From positions 28,024,001-28,088,000 of the forward strand of contig OX597836.1 of NCBI GenBank assembly GCA_951406725.2: a stretch of DNA of 64,000 bases. The letters run 5' to 3'. The DNA comes from Octopus vulgaris. Lineage: Eukaryota. Of this stretch, positions 26,649 through 42,275 are shown piece by piece; position 1 is the first letter of the stretch; the number at the start of each line of letters is the position of its first letter. Position numbers and translations under genes: made by a program. Below the pieces are notes generated by a model, which was not told the DNA's origin, searched no databases, and saw only the letters and a list, made by a program, of their open reading frames with translations.

Positions 26649-27039
26649 GAAAACCCTTTGTAGCGCTCAAATGATTCGAATTTAGTTCCCGATCTTTACG
26701 GGGGACCAATTCCGCAGAATAAAGAATGGATATAAGAGGGATAAAATTGAGCAGATATGTATATATTTGTTTCAGTTATTAATAAACACACACAACGCCC
26801 GATCTGAGAATCGAAACCGCGATCCTCCGACCGCGAGTCCGCTGCCCTAACCACTGGGTCATTGCGCCTCCAAACGAGCTTTAGTTTAGTTAAAATATGT
26901 CTGCGATAGATTCTTATTTCTAAATGCAAATTCACTACGTTTTACAAAAAGCTTTTGTCACTGCTCAGTGTCTCCCGCTATGTTTATATATGTTTATATG
27001 TATATGTATGCGTATGAATGTGTATGTGTGTATGTATTC

Positions 27040-27417
27040 AACAGGCTTCATCCAGTTTCCGTCTACGAAATCCACTCACAAAACCCTGGTCGATCCGATG
27101 CTATATTAGAAACACCGCCGGACGAAATGCTTAGCGGTATTTCGTCTGTCGTTACGTTCTGAGTTCAAATTCCGCCGGGGTCGACTTTGCCTTTCATCCT
27201 CTCGGGGTCGATAAATAAAGTACCAGTTTAGCACTGGGTCGATATAATCGACTTAATCCGTTTGTCTGTCCTTGTTTATCCCCTCTATGTTTAGCCCCTT
27301 GTGGGCAATAAAGAAATATATATTAGAAACACCTGTCCAAGATGTCACGCAGTGGAACTGAACCCGGAACCATAGGGTAGGAAAGCAAGCTTCTCACCAC
27401 ACAGCCACGCCGGCGCC
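27040..27417 (-). mobile_element. Family A SINE 5' half, interrupted by a family B SINE (27115-27320, +)
   Basis: TATATTAGAAACACC is duplicated at ~27102 and ~27318, flanking the family B copy. Confidence 0.8.
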
Positions 27418-27872
27418 ATTTTTTTTTTCTTTTTCAAGATAATTCTTTTGAAAAGTACACACGCATTCATAGAAGAAAAAGAAAACACGGGTATATATAA
27501 AATGTATATGATGTCGAAACCATGAAGAAAGAGGGTAGGGAATAGATATCAAGAAACAAACGAACGAAACCTTATATCTACCCTTGGGTGTTTACCTGTG
27601 AACGTACGTATGTGTATGTGCATCGTTAAAATTTGAGTGTTACCCCCACTCTCACACCTTTCTCCTGCGTAAACTATGATGCCACCCCCCCCTCTTACCC
27701 AGGCATTAAACCTCACACATTTTCAGAATCATTCCCCCCCCCCCTTTCACTTCACCCGCACTCGTCCCTGCGAACCTTTCTTACCGTTCGTCAAACTAAC
27801 ATCTGGTTGGTGCCAAGAAATAGGAGACTCTGTAAGTCTTCTAGCAGTAATACATTCGCTCGCGTATATGTG

Positions 27873-27926
<54 letters not shown>

Positions 27927-28051
27927 TAGGGTGTATGCTTCCAAACTTACAGGGAAAAATTAGATTTAGTATTAAATCAAATTTCACAGTATAAAAATAT
28001 AAAATATGAATTAGAGTTGCCTAATAGTGGTTTTATCTACAATTCATATTT

Positions 28052-28180
<129 letters not shown>

Positions 28181-28226
28181 TGAGGTGTGTATATAAAGCA
28201 AATTGATTTGGCCTTAAATATATTTA

Positions 28227-28469
28227 CTGTAATCCCTCGTCATATCGCGGTTCACATAATGTGGTTCACCTATCGCTGTTTATTATTTAAGCTTACGTCG
28301 ATTCCTCCGTGGCGTTGTTTTGCCGTTATTATAAAATAAATATTTACAAATTATAAAGATAATAAAACAAAATATACAGTACAGTACTGTTTCTACAGTA
28401 CTGCACGGATTTTCACCTCTCGCGGGGGTGTTTTGGGACGTAACACTGGCGATAATCGAAGCATTACTG
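28227..28469. mobile_element. Tigger/pogo-like MITE
   Basis: TA|CTGTAATCCCTCGTCATATCGC ... GCGATAATCGAAGCATTACTG|TA imperfect TIRs with TA flanks. Confidence 0.65.
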
Positions 28470-28607
28470 TACTCCTTTTGAATAAGTCTAAACCACAAAG
28501 CTACCAGATTTATCACTGGTCAATTGTCGTGCTGATGACGATCGCTATAGAACTAGAAACATCTGTCCCCGCCTGGTCTCGTATCTCAATAAGCTTGTCT
28601 TTTTCCT

Positions 28608-28770
28608 GGAGTGGCTGTGTGGTAAGTGGCTTGCTTACCAACCACAAGGTACCGGGTTCAGTCCCACTGATTGGCACCTTGGGCAAGTGTCTTCTATTAT
28701 AGCCTCGGGCCGACCAAAGGCCTGTGAGTGGATTTGGTAAACGGAAACTGAAAGAAGCCCGTCGTATATA

Positions 28771-28843
<73 letters not shown>

Positions 28844-29053
28844 TGCGTCTGTGTTTGTCCCCCCGCCAACAACGCTTGACAACCGATGCTGGTGTGTTTA
28901 CGTCCCTGTAACTTAGCTGTTCGGAATAAGAGACCGATAGAATAAGTACTGGGCTTACAAAGAATAAGTCTTGGGGACGATTTCCTCGAGTAAAGGCGAT
29001 GTTCCAGCATGGCCGTAGTCAAATGACTATAACAAGTAAAAGAGTAAAAGAGT
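28608..29053 (+). mobile_element. Family A SINE
   Basis: Head, core, (TA)n and tail present. Confidence 0.9.
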
Positions 29054-29239
29054 ATTTCAACCTTGGAGAATTCCTAACTCTAAGGAATTCCCGGTTGCTA
29101 TTATGTGTTTTGTAACAGCATTGGAGTATTTTAGCTCCTATTTCTAGCAACGCAGGTGTTTATTCACACCCTAATCGAGTTTAGTTGACGACTATAATTT
29201 TCCTTTACGGCACAACGTTGCAAACAGCTGTTTTTATTA

Positions 29240-29347
<108 letters not shown>

Positions 29348-29841
29348 TGTGTGTGTGTGTTTATATCACCGCCTTCGTCACCGTTTCGAAAAAACTTCTC
29401 AAAGCCAGGTGTTTCTCGATTTTCGTTTTTTTTTCCTTTGTTTTTTTAATGTTTTTTAAATAGTTTCTCTCATTCCTCTATAAATACTGCCTGGAATACG
29501 GATTCAGTAACTGTTCACCTTCACTAAGTCTGTAATAAAACACCTCAGGAACATTGTGAAGAAGAGTTTGAAGATAAATTTTTGCATTATATCAATATAT
29601 AAATCTAAAAATTGCTGGTTATGAAGAACTGTTAACCGCACTGGGCAAAAAGCTTCTTGGCCTTTCTTCCGGCTTTAGGTTCTGAGTTCAAATCCTGCTG
29701 AGTTTTTTCTTTTTTCTTTTTTTCTTTTCTGAATCGCTAAAGTAAGTACCAGTTAAGCAATCGCATTGAAGTAATCAATTAGTTCCTCCTACATAATGCC
29801 ATGCCTTCTACTTATAGTAAAATTAATTATATATACATATA

Positions 29842-29899
<58 letters not shown>

Positions 29900-29904
29900 A
29901 TATA

Positions 29905-30095
29905 CAGCGATGTCATTACAGAAGTGCTTTTGGCGATTGCTTTTCCTTCTTTGGACTTTTCCCTTTTTCCTTTCTGACGAAGAGGCTCTGCTCAAAACGT
30001 CAAACTCTCTCTTTTCATCGAGCGTCAATCTAATACAGTTCTTGTGCACGTTCTCTTATTGCTCGTTAATTTTTACTCGTTTATTTGAATTTACT
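29905..30095 (+). mobile_element. Family E hammerhead element, diverged
   Basis: CTGACGA-A-GAGGCTCTGCTC-AAAACGTC; lies between (TA)n and (GATA)n. Confidence 0.6.
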
Positions 30096-30110
30096 ATATA
30101 GATAGATAGG

Positions 30111-30189
<79 letters not shown>

Positions 30190-30190
<1 letters not shown>

Positions 30191-30469
30191 GAAGAAGAAG
30201 AAGAAGAAGAAGAAGAAGAGAAGAAGAAGAAGAAGATGATAGAAGAAGAAGAAGAAGAAGAAGAAGAAGAAGAAGAAGAAGAAGAAGAAGAAGAAGAAGA
30301 AGAGGAAGATGAAGAAGAAGAAGAAGAAGAAGAAGAAGATGAAGAAGAAGAAGAAGAAGAAGAAGAAGAAGAAGAAGAAGAAGAAGAAGAAGAAGAAGAA
30401 GAAGAAGAAGAAGAAGAAGAAGAAGAAGAAGAAGAAGAAGAAGAAGAAGAAGAAGAAGAAGAAGAAGAA
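30190..30469. repeat. ~280-bp (GAA)n tract
   Basis: Directly visible polypurine repeat. Confidence 0.97.
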
Positions 30470-30958
30470 CCACCCAAGGATGGAATTTATAAATATTTAA
30501 TGCATCGCTAAGCGCGTTTCCACAGATCACATGATTTTTATGATCACAGTCCGTTTTCCTGCGATGATGACAGTGTAGTCTGTAATATCCGTGGGTATCC
30601 GGTTGATCACCATCATCAAGGATTCATTTCTTCCACGGAACAGCCTGTTCGTGAAATTGACGTACAAGTGACTGAGCACTCCACAGACACGTGTACCATT
30701 AACATAGGGTACACTCGGGGTGATTCAGCGTGGCACAGAGCGTTACACAGCTGGCCCTTATTGAAAGACAGGTACAATAGTCTCCCCCTCTCACTAATAT
30801 TGGTGATTAACTTTAGAATACCAACCATTTTCTATAATTCATCTATTTTTTGCTTGTTTTAGGCACTGAAATTGACTGCGGCCATGCTATGGTACTGCCC
30901 AGAAGGGTTTCATCAAACGAACAGACTCCATTACTTTTGTTGTTTTTAAAACATAGTA

Positions 30959-31536
30959 TTGGGTTGTCCGGAAAGTTCGTGTCGATTTTTAAAGGAAAGA
31001 AAAAGGTAAATAAATACTTGCAATTACATTTTTAATCAACCAAATATCAACCATTTTGTTGCACAATGTATCTCCATCTTTCCTTTAATTTGAAAATACC
31101 CTCTTCCCAGAATTGAGGTGGTTTCATGGCAAAGAATTCATCAAGGTATCTTTTTACGTCATCCAAGGAATTGAAATTTTTACCATTAAGACTATCCTGC
31201 AGAGACCTGAATAAGTGGAAATCCGAAGGAACAATATCTGGTGAATATGGAGGGTGGGGTAACACATCCCAGCCGAGCTGCAGCAATTTTTTTCTGGTTC
31301 CCAAAGCATCAAGTGCCGAAAATGAACTTTCTTATCTTCCAGGTTACAGGTTATCTTAAAGGGTTACAGAATTAACACAGGTTATAGGAACATAAACCTT
31401 CTTTCACGAAAAGATAGCTTAAACTGTGCTCTAAATTGAGGTGTAATCATATCCTATTTTATGGACTCAACCATGTTCTAAAATAAGTCGAAAGATAAGC
31501 TACTATAAATCGGCACGAACTTTCCGGACAACCCAA
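30959..31536 (-). mobile_element. Internally deleted mariner (578 bp) nested in a family A SINE (~30851-31872)
   Basis: TIRs TTGGGTTGTCCGGAAAGTTCGTG(T/C)CGATTT with TA flanks; minus strand encodes LGWDVLPHPPYSPDIVPSDFHLFRSLQ; the SINE resumes at TA|CTTATTCTATCGG. Confidence 0.93.
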
Positions 31537-31655
31537 TACTTATTCTATCGGTCTCTTTTGCCGAACCTTTAGGTTATGGGGACGTAACAAACCAGCAACG
31601 GTTGTCAAGCGATGGTGGGGTGCAAAGAAAAAGACAAATTCGCTCTCTCACACAC

Positions 31656-31716
<61 letters not shown>

Positions 31717-32381
31717 ACACACACATATACGTTGGTCTTCTTTCAGTTTCCGTCTACCAAATACATTCTCAATCCAGGGCTATCGGAGAAGAAACTTACC
31801 CAAGGTTCCACGCAGTGGGCCTGAACCCGGAAGCAAATAGTCCGGAAGCAAACTTCTTACCACACAGCCACATTTTGAACAATATCTGTTGTGTTTTTCT
31901 ATAACATATCGTTGCCTTATCGCTTGTGTATACTTAACCCCATTTTCACATCCAGACACCAAGTCTTCAGATTATTTAGTGACTGATTTCGTATAACTAT
32001 TTCCACTCCTGATTCGTTTTCTTTTGTTATCGCTGTTAAAAGCCTACAAAACACATGTTGCACTTAACTTCTAAGACGAAACTATCTCAGAAGTGTTGGG
32101 AAAAACAGCCATGAATTTGTTTCACGCGTTCATTACTACTGAAAGCGGCAAACGATGTTTACATATGCGCGTATATGTATAGTCCCCATACATCTGTACG
32201 ACACCACGATATTCCCACATCGTACTTTTGTTTTAGTATCACCACATGTTTATACGTACATTTCGCCCTTGTCAATGAGTCACACCTTATTCCGTTGTCA
32301 ACATTTATTTCAGAAACAACCAGCGTGGCTGTATGATCCATCAAGCTTCACACGATACACTTTGTTCAGGGTAAGCACACC

Positions 32382-33380
<999 letters not shown>

Positions 33381-33384
33381 TTTT

Positions 33385-33461
<77 letters not shown>

Positions 33462-33535
33462 GACTATATATGTGTAAATATATATATGAATATATATGTG
33501 TAAATATATACATACATGCATACATACACACACTC

Positions 33536-33592
<57 letters not shown>

Positions 33593-33595
<3 letters not shown>

Positions 33596-33740
33596 GAATT
33601 CTACAAAAACAAAGCAAAAGACGAAAACAACGCTCGGGTAGGCGAGAAAATCTTTTACGCTTCGAGCCTACGCTCTTCAACAGAACACGAGGAAATAATC
33701 ATAGAGAGAATAACAAATCTTTTGGAGCTACCGGTCAATC
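33593..33740 (-). mobile_element. Short (TA)n-embedded element with a hammerhead variant
   Basis: Minus strand CTGTTGA-A-GAGC-GTAG-GCTC-GAAGCGTA. Confidence 0.5.
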
Positions 33741-33819
<79 letters not shown>

Positions 33820-33823
<4 letters not shown>

Positions 33824-34015
33824 ATCCAAATATGAACAAGGAGAAAACACAACAACGTGAGGACGTGGAACAAGTATAGTGTTAGTGGACGCTCAGGAAA
33901 GGAAAGAAATGGGGGTTCTAATGTTTCGAGCGGAGATTGTCGTCAGAAACATAGAAAAAGGAAAGGTCCAAGGAAGGGAAGACGGAGAAAGAAAATCGCC
34001 AACGATACACGCGCA
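33820..34015 (-). mobile_element. Family E hammerhead element
   Basis: Homologous to 5073-5278; CTGACGA..CTCGAAACATTA. Confidence 0.7.
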
Positions 34016-34259
34016 ACAGGAACGGTGGAAAGCTTCCTTCATCCCGAAAATTGTGCTCGTATGCATTACAACAGAGTGAATTCAGCTAAAGGTAACCTAA
34101 GTAAGCCCCAACCCAGGTCCATCTGGAAGGCATCAACTTTAACACAGACCTGGTCAAGGGTGGGCTCCAATATGTTTCATGCATCCGAGACATGCAATAT
34201 GTTACCACGACACTCCTATGACTTCCTGAAACAGTTACAAGCCCAAAACATGATATGGC

Positions 34260-34347
<88 letters not shown>

Positions 34348-34364
34348 ATATATATATATATACA

Positions 34365-34402
<38 letters not shown>

Positions 34403-34429
34403 TATATGTGTGTGTGTGTGTACTTACAG

Positions 34430-34474
<45 letters not shown>

Positions 34475-34659
34475 TATATGAGTACAGGACGTCACAAAAC
34501 GTAAACAACATGAAATACGAAGTACGTATGTATATACATTTCATGTATACATATATGCATATGAGGGCACGTATATCCGTATATAAACACATGGATGTAT
34601 ATGTGTGTGCGTGTGTCATTCATATTCCCGCACACATATATATAAACGTATGTGTTTGT

Positions 34660-34704
<45 letters not shown>

Positions 34705-34894
34705 GTGTCTGGGGAGAGTCATTTTCTTTTTATGCCTTATAATTTAACCGCTAAAATTTCCATTTATCTCTTTATTTTTATTTTCCTAAAATTTTCGTTG
34801 CGTCTCTCCCCAAAATAACTCTCTCCGGACACAACAGAATATGCTTCAACACACGAACTCATATAAAGAATCTTGCAAACAAAATCCAAAAACG

Positions 34895-34948
<54 letters not shown>

Positions 34949-35214
34949 GTATACACGCGCACACACACACACACGTGCTTCTCTTCTTCTGTACGTTTAT
35001 CATAACTGTAGTATCAAATACGCTGAGAATATACCTACATATTCGCATAGCCCATCATAGCCATCCGCAGCCTCTACCCTGCTAATCTGCTGCTTAGCAA
35101 CGCATAAAGTATCTATTTTTAGATTTTTTTTAGTCGAAAACGAGTAGAATGTATAGAAGTGCCACAGCCACACCGAATTAGCATATTTGAGTAGATTTGT
35201 GTCTGCCTCTTTAA

Positions 35215-35327
<113 letters not shown>

Positions 35328-35386
35328 TGTTTGTGTGTGTGTGTGTGTGTGTGTGTGAGTGTGTGCGTTTAAATATATATATATAT

Positions 35387-35607
35387 ATTCTTTTATTCTT
35401 TTACTTGTCTCAGTCATTTGACTGTGGCCATGCTGGAGCACTGTTTTTAGTTGAGCAACTCGATCCCTGGACTTATTCTTTGTAAGCGTAGTACTTATTC
35501 TATTGGTCTCTTTTGCCGAGCCGTTAGGTTTCGGGGACGTAAACACACCAACATCGGTTGTCGGGCGATTGTGGAGCTACAACCACAGTCACACAAACAT
35601 ATACAAA

Positions 35608-35697
<90 letters not shown>

Positions 35698-35861
35698 ACA
35701 TACACGACAGTTTTTTTTCAGTTTCTGTCTACCAAATCCACTCACAAGGCTTTGGTCGACCCGAGGCTATAGTAGAAAACACTTGCCCAAGGTGTCACGC
35801 AGTGGGACTGAACCCTGAACCATGTCGTTGGTAAGCAAGCTACTTACCACACAGCCACTTC
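35387..35861 (-). mobile_element. Family A SINE
   Basis: Full set of motifs. Confidence 0.9.
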
Positions 35862-35898
35862 TGTATGTATATATATGTATGTATGCGTAAATATATAC

Positions 35899-35930
<32 letters not shown>

Positions 35931-36419
35931 GCAGATGTATACATTCACCCACTCACACACAGTTATACAAACACTCACACTACATATGTATATGCAGTCC
36001 ATATATTAAGATCAACTGCATATACATAAATACACGCACATGCATGCATGCACACATTTATATCTTTTATATCTATTAATGTATATGAGTGAGTGTATGT
36101 GTGTAGATATATGTGTGTGTGTGTATGTATTTTCAGATATATTCTCTCAAATGCATTCACACATATACTTACGCTCATACTTAAATAGACACGGTGGCAC
36201 TGAACCCGGAACCATGTGGTTGGGAAGCAAATTTCTTGCCACGCAACCACAACAGTGCCAATACAGCAAAATGAATTTCTGGCACGGAAGAGACATTGTA
36301 AGTATTAGGGATTACAGAAGTATGTCACGTAGAAGGTTAAAACAATGAGAGAAATAGAGTAAGTGCAATTGTTCCGGCTAAGTGGTTAAATATTGATGTT
36401 CTCCTATTGCTTCAGCAGA

Positions 36420-36900
36420 TATTCATCGAAGTGGTGGCATTTAATGAAATTATCTGATCGGCAGATTTATTAAAATTGCGGAGTAGGATTCTTTTTTCAG
36501 CTAGCCATAACCTGTAAGTTTTCATAACATTTCTGTGTGGTCCGTATCACTTAGTTATCTTCTAATTGAGTAAAGGTAACAACAAAACCTGCTAACTTTG
36601 CTCTTTCAAACCCTACATAAGATTGAACAGTGTATTGCATTCCTCTTTTTTTAAATTTGTAAAGGAACACATTTGACTGAAGTATGGTTGTGTAGATTTA
36701 CCTTCCACCATAACTACATAGTGTTTGCATGCAATGTTTAGATTTAATTTGGTAGCCGCGATTTCTGCATCACAAATAATTGTTTCGGCATTGCATTCAC
36801 TGGTATTTTGGAATATGCAGTTAACCTCGTCTGATTTAGATAGTATGCTTGTTGTTCAGTTTTGCGTAATGTTGTTAAAGCAATGACGCAGTTGAAGGTT
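36420..36900 (-). pseudogene. Highly degraded PLE GIY-YIG remnant
   Basis: Minus strand C..ECNAETIICDAEI..KHYVVMVEG..SFTN..TLFNLM*GLKE..LWLAEK..KCHH follows the motif order of a PLE endonuclease. Confidence 0.45.
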
Positions 36901-37884
36901 ATTTCTGTTCAAAAGTTTTCTCTGTCGATGATTCGTGTGAGAAGTGTTTATTTATCAAAGCTATGAAGTTTTCGGCAATATTGAACATACGTACGTACAT
37001 ATATACATACATACAATCACACAAATATGCATGAATGCATATATGTATGGATGGATGTATGTATGTACGTATATAGGAAGAAAGGGAGCGAAAGGCTCGG
37101 ATTTCCAAACAATCAGAAGTATTGTTCTCCCTTAAATATCGAAAGGACAAGTGAGATAATGTAATCCTACTTAATACCCCTTGAAACATAAAAAAAAAGC
37201 AGGACGGGAAGGTCAGAGCGGGAATATCATTGATCATAGATCTACACACGCAAATCAGACCTGCGGTTAAACGACAACAGCAGTAACAGCAACAACAATT
37301 GCTCTCTGTGTTACATACTTTTTAAAAAGCAGTCTTTATATTATGAGCCAATTTCCGACATTTCCTTGTTGAAATAGCGAGAAACAAAGCCCAGTCTGTT
37401 ACACTTGATAACATCAGAGAGTAACTAAAGGCATGCAGAAACTTGCCTCTCTTCTACCAAATATCTCTTCATTTTCTACAACCTTCTTTACTCTACTGAA
37501 CAATAATCCATTTATTTAGTTTTCAATGGCATCTTGCTCTCTTTCTCTCCTCGGCCACTAGTCATTGAGCAAACCTAAGATCAAAAGCATTCTAACCGTG
37601 ACCATCCTGTCTCTTGGAGAATATCTTCGACTATGTCATTTAGTGTGTGTACTTTTTTCTTCTTTGAGACAGGGAAGAAAGATTTGAAGGAGATATGGCT
37701 GCTATCTCTAGTTAGTAGAACAACCATGTAGAGGTTCCCTCGTTCACTCGGACAGCCCCATATTGTTGTTGTTGTTTTAGCTCTAGGTCAACGTTGAAGG
37801 GGAAGACTTATCATCAGAGGCCTTCTAGCTGTGACCATTCTGTCGTATTATATCAGACTTAGGTCATTGAGGACTACAAGCCCG

Positions 37885-39780
37885 TAGGTGTTAGGTAGGC
37901 ACAAGGTACGACAGTATTTTTGTTGCTTTTGGTGTTACTGGATTTAATTATTTTGCTTTGACAATACAAAGGTCAAAGGTACAAAGTTCTACATTCATGA
38001 ATAGGTATAACCCCAAATTTAATCAATTAAATTTTTTCCAAAACACCTTTCCATGAAAACCTTAATTTCTACCCCACTCAAACTCACACACCCTAAAATA
38101 TTCATAGTTCAACAAAATCAATATAAAGGCCAAACTAACTCTAGTGCATCGCAGTCCAGTGATGGCTTAACTGGCCGAAACTTCGAAGTCACTGTCAACA
38201 ACAGCCTTGTATGAGAATAATAAATTTTTACTCTACAAAAGTATAGAGTTACCAATCGAAAGTGCAGCAACATCCTATACACTTCTCAATGAAAACCATT
38301 CCGATACCTAAACAGTCTCCCAAGAAATATCTTATATAGCGCAATGATAACCACAAACTATATCTGCATACATAGAATTCACAGCTGACCAGTTCATGAC
38401 ATAAGGCAACCAACGCGTGCACTTTTGCAAGCCAAACAGAAAAAATGACACATCACTATCTAAACATATATGGCAAATAAAATTTTAAAAACACTCCGCT
38501 TAACATTAGATGGAAAATATTCTCACACGCACTACCACACCAAGGTAACCACAAAACCTTCCAAAGTTATACTAATGAATCTTACCACATTCTAACATTT
38601 ATGGACCAAATCCTGAACCGAAACTCCGAACTAGTCTCTTCATGCAAGCACAAAATCTTAAAAATACTAAAACACTTCAAACCAGTAATCTTTTTTAACG
38701 GCTAAACTTGTTAATATCTCACCACCTCCCCTCTGTACTTCTACGCCACCATATAACCACCATATAACATAAAATAAAAAATAAACTCTCTTACAGCTTT
38801 ACAGTCTTATACTAAACAAGTACTCTCGAAATTACATAAAAGTCTCCCTCTTTCTCCCACAAAAATCCCCACATAAGATGTTTTTGGTACTTGAACACAA
38901 ACCCGCATACACACTCATAAAATGTGTAATTGTATGGAAGCAAATTGAGAGAACCATTTACCTTATCTTTTTTTAATTAAACTAGATTTTGTTAAAAATC
39001 AGATTGTATTATACTTTTGTTGCTATTTTTATACACGGATATATACAAACCTTCTGCATCAGCATGTATTTAAAACAGAATTTGATGAAAATTTATAAAC
39101 AAACACCAAACAAGCTCTACTTCTACAAAACAGAAAGTTTAAAATCTATATATACCAATCAAATTGCTTATAGAACAATGTATACCTAGAGAGAAGCATA
39201 TAGACATACAACTTTTACTCAAATATTTTTGTGAACATCAAAGCACGAGAGAAACATTTTTTCTGTACTAACAAATCAATGACATGCCTGGCTAATAATC
39301 CCAATGTGAAGGGGAAATACCCTAAATAACAACTGCAAAAATTAAAGACAGGACCAGCCTAAAATTATCCACCTCCACACATTCTTACACATTCTTTTGT
39401 GAAAAACGAACTCGACACACCCAATTATTAAGTGCTTAAATACTGGACTTCGTACTTTTGACCTTTAAATTGTCAAAGCAAAAGGATTAAACCCAATATT
39501 ACCAAAAGCAACGAAAATACTGTCACACCTTGTGTCTACCTAACAAAAGAGAAACACCAACAGACTTGTTTACAAAGTTCAACATGCATGAATAACAATA
39601 ACATAATCCCAAGTTTAATTAACACATATTTTACCAAAATACCCTTCCGTTTCAACCTAATTACTGCTTCACTCAAACTCTCACACCCAAAGATGATTTT
39701 AACTCAAAAGAGACTATATAAGAACAAGACTAACCCTCATGCATCGCAGTCAGACGATAGCTGACCGAAACTTCAAAGTA
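37885..39780 (+). mobile_element. Degraded PLE with pseudo-LTR direct repeats and an inverted 5' segment
   Basis: TSLSKHIWQIK..IRWKIFSHALP..ILNRNSELVSSCKHK (38450-38655); 37980-38190 repeats at 39575-39780; 37885-37988 is an inverted copy of 39447-39545. Confidence 0.7.
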
Positions 39781-40040
39781 GGGGCAGGCGTGGCTGTGTG
39801 ATAAGAAACTTGCTTCCCAGTCACATGGTTCCGGGTTCAGTCCCACTGCGTGGCACCTCAGGCAAGTGTCTTCTACTATAGCCTCGGGCCGACCAAAGTC
39901 TTGTGAGTGAATTTGGTAGGTGGAAACCGAAAGAAGCACGTCGTATATATCAATGTATATATGTGAGTGTGTGTCAGTGTTTCTCCTCCCACCATCGCTT
40001 GACAACCGATGTTGGTGTGCTTACGTCCCCGTAACTTGAT
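39781..40040 (+). mobile_element. Family A SINE, 3'-truncated
   Basis: Head and core present, tail missing. Confidence 0.85.
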
Positions 40041-40092
40041 CGTATCAGCTGGGACTTTCACCATCGTAGCTGACGGAGGGCTCCTCTATATG

Positions 40093-40194
<102 letters not shown>

Positions 40195-40211
40195 TGTGTA
40201 TGTGTGCGTGT

Positions 40212-40437
40212 GCTGGCAGACTCGTTAGCGTGCCGGGCGAAATGCTTAGCGGTATTTCGTCTGTCGTTACGTTCTGAGTTCAAATTCCGCCGAGGTCGAC
40301 TTTACCTTTCATCCTTTCGGGGTCGATAAATAAAGTACCAGTTTCGCACTGGGGGGGCTCGATGTAATCGACTTAATCCGGTTGTCTGTCCTTGTTTGTC
40401 CCCTCTATGTTTAGCGCCTTGTGGGCAATAAAGAAAT
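40212..40437 (+). mobile_element. Family B SINE with complete tail
   Basis: Ends CCCCTCTATGTTTAGCGCCTTGTGGGCAATAAAGAAATA. Confidence 0.85.
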
Positions 40438-41326
40438 ATATATAGAGAGAGAGCGAGAGACAGACAGACAGACAGAGCAGTGAAATTCACTACTGTTCTA
40501 CTTGGTATTATATGCATGGTACAACTTGATCTCCCCTCTGTATAAAAAAGATCAGCAAGTTAAGGAACATTTGTTGCTCAAGAAATTAAATAGATACACG
40601 TAGATCCCTTCCATGCCCCTCGAGTTTATTAAGTGACATAGAATAGGTTGAAAAAGAAAAAAAAAAAAACAGATCATCATGAATCGCGTTCGTTGAGTAG
40701 TGTTCCAAATATTTACAGCGAGATGGATCGGGGCGTAAGATGGAATGTTAAATTTCCTTGCAGCGGACATTTCGAGAATCACGAGGAAATAGATGAGACT
40801 AGGAAGGAATGTATGTGAAAATGAACGTGAAATAGTATGGGGGGGCGTGTGTGTGTGTGTGTGTCCATGCGTCTGTGCGTGAGAGTGCGTGCGTGTGTGT
40901 GCATGCGTGGTGCGTGTATGCGTGTGGCTGTGTGTGCGTGCATGCGCGTGGGGCGGACGTGTGTGTGTGTGCGTGCGCGTGTGTGTATGTGTGCGTGTGT
41001 GTGTGTCTCTGTATGTGTGTGTGCATGTGTGTGTATGAGTGTGTCTGTGTGTGCGTGCATGCGTGTGTATGTGCGTGTGCGTGTGTGTGCATACCTGTGT
41101 GCGTGTGCGTGCGTGTGTGTATGTGTGTCTGCGTGCGTGTGTGCATGAGTGTGTGTATGTGTGTGTGTGTGTACGTGCGTCTATATGTGTGTGCATGCGT
41201 GTGTACATGTGTGTGCATGCGTGTGTGTGCCAGTGTGTGTGCGCGTGGGGGGGTGCCAGTGTGTGTGCGCGTGCGTGTGTGCGTGTGTGTACGTGTGAGT
41301 GTGCGTGCGTGTGTATGCGCGCGCGC

Positions 41327-41365
<39 letters not shown>

Positions 41366-42275
41366 AGCAGAAGGCAAGCTGGCAGAATCGTTATCGCTCC
41401 TGACAAAATGCCTCGCACCATTTCCTCCGTCTTTACGATCTAAGTTCAAATTCCGCCGAGGTTGACTTAGCCGTTCATTCTTCCGGCATCAGTAAAATAA
41501 GTAACAGTTGATCGATTACTGGGCACCGATGTAATCGAACTGACTCCAATTTCCCCAGAAGTACCAAAATACTATTGGCGTAAATGTCAGGGTGGCGTTC
41601 TGGCGGAACCGTCAGCACGCCGGACAAATTGCTTAGCGGCATGTCGTCCGTCTTTATGTTCTCAGCTCTAATAGCAACCGAGGTGGACTTAGCCTTTCAT
41701 CCTTCCGGGGTCGATAAGATAAGTACCAGTTGAGCCCTGGTGATCGATGTAATCGTTTAGCCTACCACCTTCTGAAATTGCTGGCCTTGTGCTAAATTTT
41801 GAAACCAATATTGTGTGCATGCGTGTGTAAGTGTGTGAGTGTGTGTGTGTGTGCGTGCGTGTGTGTGTATGTGTGCCTGTGTGTGGGTCTCTGTATGTGT
41901 GTGCATGCGTGTGTGTGTGTGTGTGTGCATGTGTGTATGAAATTGCTGGCCTTGTGCCAAAATTTGAAACCAATATTGTGCCTGCGTATGTGTATGTGTG
42001 TCTGTGTGTCTGTGTGTGTGTGTGTCTCTGTGTGTGTGTGTGCCTCTGTGTCTGTACATACGTGTGTGTATGTATGCGCAAGCGTATGTGTATGTGTATA
42101 TGTGTGTGTATGTGTATATATGTGTGTATGTGTATATATATGTGTCTGTGTGTGTGTGCGTGTGTGCGTGTGCGTGTATGTCTGTGTTCTGTGTGTGTGC
42201 ATGCGTGTGTGTATGTGTGCATGCGTGTGTATGTGTGCATGTGTGTGTCTGAGTGTGTGTGCGTGCGTGTGTGTG

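Noticed and set aside
30190-30469. Poly-E/poly-K/poly-S protein
   Set aside because: Pure (GAA)n microsatellite contiguous with (GATA)n.
34020-34262. Possible Gypsy integrase remnant ([11 protein letters not shown])
   Set aside because: Only one weak motif; no LTR or other domains.
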